A stretch of DNA of 64,000 bases from Christensenella sp. (GTDB lineage: Bacteria; Bacillota; Clostridia; Christensenellales; UBA3700). Numbering within the stretch: position 1 is the first letter of the stretch; each line of letters starts with the position of its first letter. The DNA lies in NCBI GenBank assembly GCA_022784465.1, contig JALFUR010000014.1, positions 64,645 through 128,644 on the forward strand. The letters are read 5' to 3'. This document shows, piece after piece, positions 59,845-64,000 of this stretch. The translations under genes were made by a program, and so were the position numbers. Below the pieces are notes generated by a model. It made no database searches. It was not told the origin of the DNA and saw nothing but the letters and a program-made list of their open reading frames with translations.

Positions 59845-60195
59845 TTAACCCATTTTCTCAGATAATTGTTCGCCACCTATTAAATGAATATGTAAATGTG
59901 GAATGCTTTGACATCCATCTTGGCCCTTGTTAGATACAATTCTAAATCCATTATCCATATGCAATATTTCTTTAGCAACAACGCCAAGCCTTTTTATGCA
60001 TTTTCCAAGTGTTATTGCTTGTTCTTCACTCATTTCTGTAATATCTGGATAATGATCTTTTGGTATCATTAAATAGTGAATCTTAGGATAACCACATATA
60101 TCTTTTATAACAATCATATCTTCATCTTCGTATATTTTTGTTGTTGGAATTTCACCTTTAATCATTCTACAAAATAGACAATCATCTTTTAACAT
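59845..60195 (-). CDS. HIT-family (histidine triad) protein
   Basis: It has the HLHIHLIGG triad. The MLKDDCLFC start at 60195 follows an AGGAGG SD. Confidence 0.9.
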   Translation of the reverse strand: MLKDDCLFCRMIKGEIPTTKIYEDEDMIVIKDICGYPKIHYLMIPKDHYPDITEMSEEQAITLGKCIKRLGVVAKEILHMDNGFRIVSNKGQDGCQSIPHLHIHLIGGEQLSEKMG

Positions 60196-60206
60196 TACTA
60201 AACCTC

Positions 60207-61442
60207 CTATTGACAAATAAGCATGTCATTTTCTATTTCTTTAGCTTCGCATTTTATTATATCATTAATTTTTGCTTCTTTTATTTTTACTCTAATGTAT
60301 TCTTTAGAATACCCCTCATAGTATTCTCCGTTCTTTTCCTCAATCAAAACTTCAAGTGTTTTTCCAATCATAGATTGAAGGTATTTCCTCTTGCACTCTT
60401 TTTCTACCTCATAAGCTTGTTTCCATCTTCTTTTTGAAATCTCTCCAGATAAAGGCTTATACTTAGCAGCAAGTGTTCCTTCTCTTTTTGAGTATGGGAA
60501 AATATGTATACTTGAAAAAGAAACTTCTTTTATAAAGTTTAATGTGTTTTTAAATTGCTCTTCTGTTTCTGTTGGAAAAGCCACAATTAAATCTGTAGTT
60601 ATCGCTGCATCTGAAAAATATGAGCGAATAAGATGCACTTTTTCTAAATACTCTTTTGTGGTATATTTTCTATTCATCCTTTTTAGAACTTCATCATCTC
60701 CGCTTTGCAAAGACAAATGAAACTGAGGACAAAAATTCTTTAATTTACTGCAAGCTTGTAAAAACTCATTTGTAATAATACTGCACTCTAGAGAGCCAAA
60801 TCTTATTCTGCAATCTATATGTGTTAGCCTATTTAAAAGCTCAACCATATTTGTTCCTATATCTAAACCATACATAGATACATCTATACCAGTTATAACC
60901 ATCTCTTTTGTAGTTTTAGCTACTTCTTCACATTCTTTTACAACTGAATCTATGCTTCTAGATCTACTTCTACCTCTAACGTATGGAATTAAGCAATATG
61001 AACAAAATCTATTACATCCATCCTGAATTTTTAAAAAAGCTCTTGTTCTATCTATAATTGGAGAAAAATCGTCTTCATAATCTTTTGGCAAAGTTTGCTT
61101 GCTAATTCCTTCTAATTCAAAAGAATCTATTAAACTCATCTTGTTTGCAGAGCCAATAACATATTGCACATTGTCTTTTTTTATAAATTGTTCTGGATTA
61201 TTTTCAGATGCGCAACCACAAACAAAAATCTTTGCATCTTTATTGTATTTTAAACATCTTTCAACACATTGACGAGATTTTCTTTCAGCTTCATTTGTTA
61301 CTGCACAAGTATTTAGTATGTAAATATCCGCGTATTCTAGATTTTCAGATACCTCATATTGCTTTAATCTTAAAGCTTTAACCATTGAATCGCATTCATA
61401 TTTATTAACCTTACAACCAAGGTTATATACTACTACTTTCAT
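60207..61442 (-). CDS. mtaB: tRNA t6A37 methylthiotransferase (radical SAM)
   Basis: It has a UPF0004 N-terminal domain (NLGCKVN..E), a CNRFCSYC cluster and a TRAM-like C-terminus. Confidence 0.85.
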   Translation of the reverse strand: MKVVVYNLGCKVNKYECDSMVKALRLKQYEVSENLEYADIYILNTCAVTNEAERKSRQCVERCLKYNKDAKIFVCGCASENNPEQFIKKDNVQYVIGSANKMSLIDSFELEGISKQTLPKDYEDDFSPIIDRTRAFLKIQDGCNRFCSYCLIPYVRGRSRSRSIDSVVKECEEVAKTTKEMVITGIDVSMYGLDIGTNMVELLNRLTHIDCRIRFGSLECSIITNEFLQACSKLKNFCPQFHLSLQSGDDEVLKRMNRKYTTKEYLEKVHLIRSYFSDAAITTDLIVAFPTETEEQFKNTLNFIKEVSFSSIHIFPYSKREGTLAAKYKPLSGEISKRRWKQAYEVEKECKRKYLQSMIGKTLEVLIEEKNGEYYEGYSKEYIRVKIKEAKINDIIKCEAKEIENDMLICQ

Positions 61443-62164
61443 CTAGATAATTCTCCAATTTCATACATAACCAAAGTTTGAGCAACAATAGCTGCAGTTT
61501 CACATCTTAATATTCTTTTTCCTAAAGAAACTATCTTTGCACCTTTTTTCTTTGCTTTTGCAACTTCTTCCTCACAAAAACCGCCTTCTGAACCTATAAT
61601 AATTGCTATTGATTTTGCATTTTTTAGATTTTTTATTCTAGATATTTTGCCAACTTGAGCATGTTCATAAGGCATAATTATTATCTCAGAATCAATCGAA
61701 TCAAGCATTTGATCAAAATCCATTAATGAAGATATTTCCGGTAATTGTGCTCTTCCGCACTGTTTACAAGCTTCAAGTGCAATCTTTTCTAATCTTTCTT
61801 TTTTAAACTTAGTTTCATTTGTATATTGAGACAAAAATGGGTTAATAGTTGCAACTCCTAATTCAACGCACTTTTGAGTAATTAAATCAAGCTTGTCCCC
61901 TTTTGGCAATGCTTGATATAAATTAATCTTTACATCTGGAACTGCTTCATTTTTCTCTACATAATCTATTCTTGCTTTAGCAGATTTTTTATCTATAGAA
62001 CAAATTGTACATCTATAATCTAAACCATCATTTAAGCACACAATTATTTCATATCCAACCTTATAGCGTAGCACTTTAACCATATGGTTAAATTCTTCTC
62101 CATCTATGATTATGTAGTTATCGTATGCTTTATCGTTATCTATAAAAAATCTTCTAATTTCCAT
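61439..62164 (-). CDS. rsmE: 16S rRNA m3U1498 methyltransferase
   Basis: It has the SPOUT C-terminus IGSEGGF...E and RILRCETA, and it sits between prmA and mtaB. Confidence 0.9.
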   Translation of the reverse strand: MEIRRFFIDNDKAYDNYIIIDGEEFNHMVKVLRYKVGYEIIVCLNDGLDYRCTICSIDKKSAKARIDYVEKNEAVPDVKINLYQALPKGDKLDLITQKCVELGVATINPFLSQYTNETKFKKERLEKIALEACKQCGRAQLPEISSLMDFDQMLDSIDSEIIIMPYEHAQVGKISRIKNLKNAKSIAIIIGSEGGFCEEEVAKAKKKGAKIVSLGKRILRCETAAIVAQTLVMYEIGELSR

Positions 62165-63092
62165 CGCTGTAAGATAGTTTAAATGCTACCCATTCTCCTT
62201 TGTTCATTCTTTGAAGAATTCTATATCCATGTGAAAGGTAACATTGTTTAACAGCATCCTCATAAATATTTAAAATTCCTGAAATAATAACAATTCCATC
62301 TTTATTTACATATGTTTTCAAATCTTTTGCAAGTATTTGAAGAACATCAGCAGTTATATTTGCTAAAACAACGTCATAATTATTCTTAGCATTTTTTAGC
62401 AAATTGGAATTTGCCACCTTGATTATATCTTCAAAATGATTAATTTTTACATTTTCCTTAGCTGCCTTTACTGCAACATCATCAATGTCATATGCTTCAA
62501 CGTCTTTTGAACCAAGCGCCGCAGCGGACAAAGCTAAAATGCCTGATCCTGTGCCTACATCGATAACTTTTTTATTTATCATGCCCACATCTTCCATTAA
62601 CTCTAAGCACATTCTTGTTGTTTCATGCTCTCCGCTTCCAAAAGCCATTCCTGGGTCCATGGATATTACCACTTCGTTTTCTTGCTTTTCGTATTTTATC
62701 CAAGAAGGAACAATAACTAGTTTTCCTGCATGAATTGGCTTATATGATTTTTTCCAGTTATTAAACCAATCATCATTTTCAACTTCATCTATTGTCATTT
62801 CTAATGAACCTAGATTGAACACACTTTGTTTTTTTAATAAATCGATTCTCTGATTTATTTGAACTAAAGCATTATCGATTTCGCTTTCAGCAAAATATCC
62901 TTCTACTTTTACAATCTCGTTTTTTTCTAATTCTTCTTGATTGATATAATCCCAAAATTGATAAGTTTGAATCAAATTAATTAAATCTTCTTTGTCATAG
63001 ATACAAACACCTTGATTTGAATAATCTTGAATAATGTCAGCAACAAGTTCTGATGCTTCATGTGTTGTACTAATTGTCAATCTTTTGATCAT
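62154..63092 (-). CDS. prmA: Ribosomal protein L11 methyltransferase
   Basis: The motifs DPGMAFGSGEHETT, DVGTGSGIL and ANI are present. Confidence 0.93.
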   Translation of the reverse strand: MIKRLTISTTHEASELVADIIQDYSNQGVCIYDKEDLINLIQTYQFWDYINQEELEKNEIVKVEGYFAESEIDNALVQINQRIDLLKKQSVFNLGSLEMTIDEVENDDWFNNWKKSYKPIHAGKLVIVPSWIKYEKQENEVVISMDPGMAFGSGEHETTRMCLELMEDVGMINKKVIDVGTGSGILALSAAALGSKDVEAYDIDDVAVKAAKENVKINHFEDIIKVANSNLLKNAKNNYDVVLANITADVLQILAKDLKTYVNKDGIVIISGILNIYEDAVKQCYLSHGYRILQRMNKGEWVAFKLSYSDGN

Positions 63093-63720
63093 TACTTGTA
63101 TTTTCCTTTTTAGTTTTTAGCATTCTTCTAACTATTTTAATAATAAATATGACAATTGCAATAATTACAATGGCAAATATTATATACAAAATTATATCGA
63201 TGTATTGTGAGCAAAAATATGATAATAAAGTCATTATTATACAAGCTGTTAAATCGCCTACTGTTATAACAAGTAGATTTTGCCAGAAAGACAATTCCAA
63301 AAATGTTCCAATAGCACTTCCTGTCCACACACCTGTCATTGGAACAGGTACTCCTACAAAGCAATAAAGTCCGATCATCTTTCTCTTAGTAATTTGCGAG
63401 GTATCGTACTGCTTTGCTTTTTCAATTACATTATTTGCCTTTCCTTTAAATCCATCCTCAACAGCTTCAACCAATGATTTAAACAATTTAAATTTCTTCA
63501 ACCAATTCATAATTGGATGTAATAGAGCAAGTAAAATTGGTCCAACAATAACAGAGCCAGCAAAAGCAAGAGCAAATGCATAAAAAGCATTCATACCCAT
63601 AGCAATAGCTAGCGGAATAGATCCTCTAACCTCAACAAATGGAATCATAGAAACAATAAAAATTGTTACATAATCATTTCCTATGAGTTGTCTAAAAAAA
63701 CTTACAATAGTTTCTGCCAT
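63070..63720 (-). CDS. COG2426 / 'small multidrug export'-like membrane protein
   Basis: It has the PFVEVRGSIPLAI motif and 5-6 TM segments. Confidence 0.6.
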   Translation of the reverse strand: MAETIVSFFRQLIGNDYVTIFIVSMIPFVEVRGSIPLAIAMGMNAFYAFALAFAGSVIVGPILLALLHPIMNWLKKFKLFKSLVEAVEDGFKGKANNVIEKAKQYDTSQITKRKMIGLYCFVGVPVPMTGVWTGSAIGTFLELSFWQNLLVITVGDLTACIIMTLLSYFCSQYIDIILYIIFAIVIIAIVIFIIKIVRRMLKTKKENTSNDQKIDN

Positions 63721-63796
63721 ACTTGCCCTCTTTTTTCACTATGGATTATATTCTAAATACTTGATTTTAGTCAAATAATGTATATAAAATAAATAT

Positions 63797-64000
63797 ATGC
63801 AAAAAATTTTAGGACAATTACGAAGAGCAATTAACGACTATAATATGATCCAAGATGGAGATAGAATCGCCGTTGGAATATCTGGCGGAAAGGATTCAAT
63901 TGCCCTTTTAACTGCACTTGCTCAATATAGAAAATTCTCTCCGGAAAAATTTGATATTGTCCCAATAAATATATCAGTTGGCTTTGACGGAGTTGATGAA
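63797..64000 (+). CDS. PP-loop ATPase (TtcA/tRNA thiolation-like), N-terminal fragment
   Basis: My own translation is MQKILGQLRRAINDYNMIQDGDRIAVGISGGKDSIALL..., which contains the SGGKDS PP-loop. It runs off the window end. Confidence 0.7.
   Translation, partial: MQKILGQLRRAINDYNMIQDGDRIAVGISGGKDSIALLTALAQYRKFSPEKFDIVPINISVGFDGVDE

Overview
This is a low-GC Bacillota-type chromosomal segment (hand counts on sample lines give about 27-33% GC) that uses the standard genetic code. Most genes are on the minus strand and nearly all are housekeeping. Recognisable blocks are listed below.

- hslO, followed by an L-box (lysine riboswitch) controlling asd-dapA-dapB.
- The dgt / dnaG-sigA-trmK-nif3-zinc-ribbon cluster.
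- An ECF sigma / anti-sigma / lipoprotein trio.
- hprK.
- A tandem glycine riboswitch in front of an alanine/glycine:cation symporter.
- uvrC.
- An ArsR-type regulator that sits divergent from an untracked Cys-rich small ORF.
- hisZGDBHAF-IE.
- The conserved Bacillus 'ylo' supercluster: recG-yloV-yloU / rpmB / rpe-rsgA-rlmN-rsmB-fmt-def-priA-coaBC-rpoZ-gmk-yicC.
- ligA-pcrA.
- ogg, a Na/Pi-PhoU transporter and phoPR.
- rpsU, which is below the ORF-track cutoff.
- hit-mtaB-rsmE-prmA.

I saw no rRNA, tRNA, CRISPR array, transposase or integrase.

The one clearly foreign element is an islet of about 2.2 kb at roughly 51.88-54.1 kb, and it is the best candidate for a poorly described defence system. 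It is GC- and CpG-richer than its surroundings. It carries two translationally coupled genes: an ABC/AAA_21-type ATPase and an RloB/Toprim-like protein. This is a split OLD-nuclease architecture, as in AbiL, PARIS and RloAB. The islet has its own consensus promoter, paired CGTA-N7-TACG palindromes and its own terminator. It is inserted between pcrA and a NYN-domain gene.

All family assignments come from motif-level reading of the translations, not from database searches.
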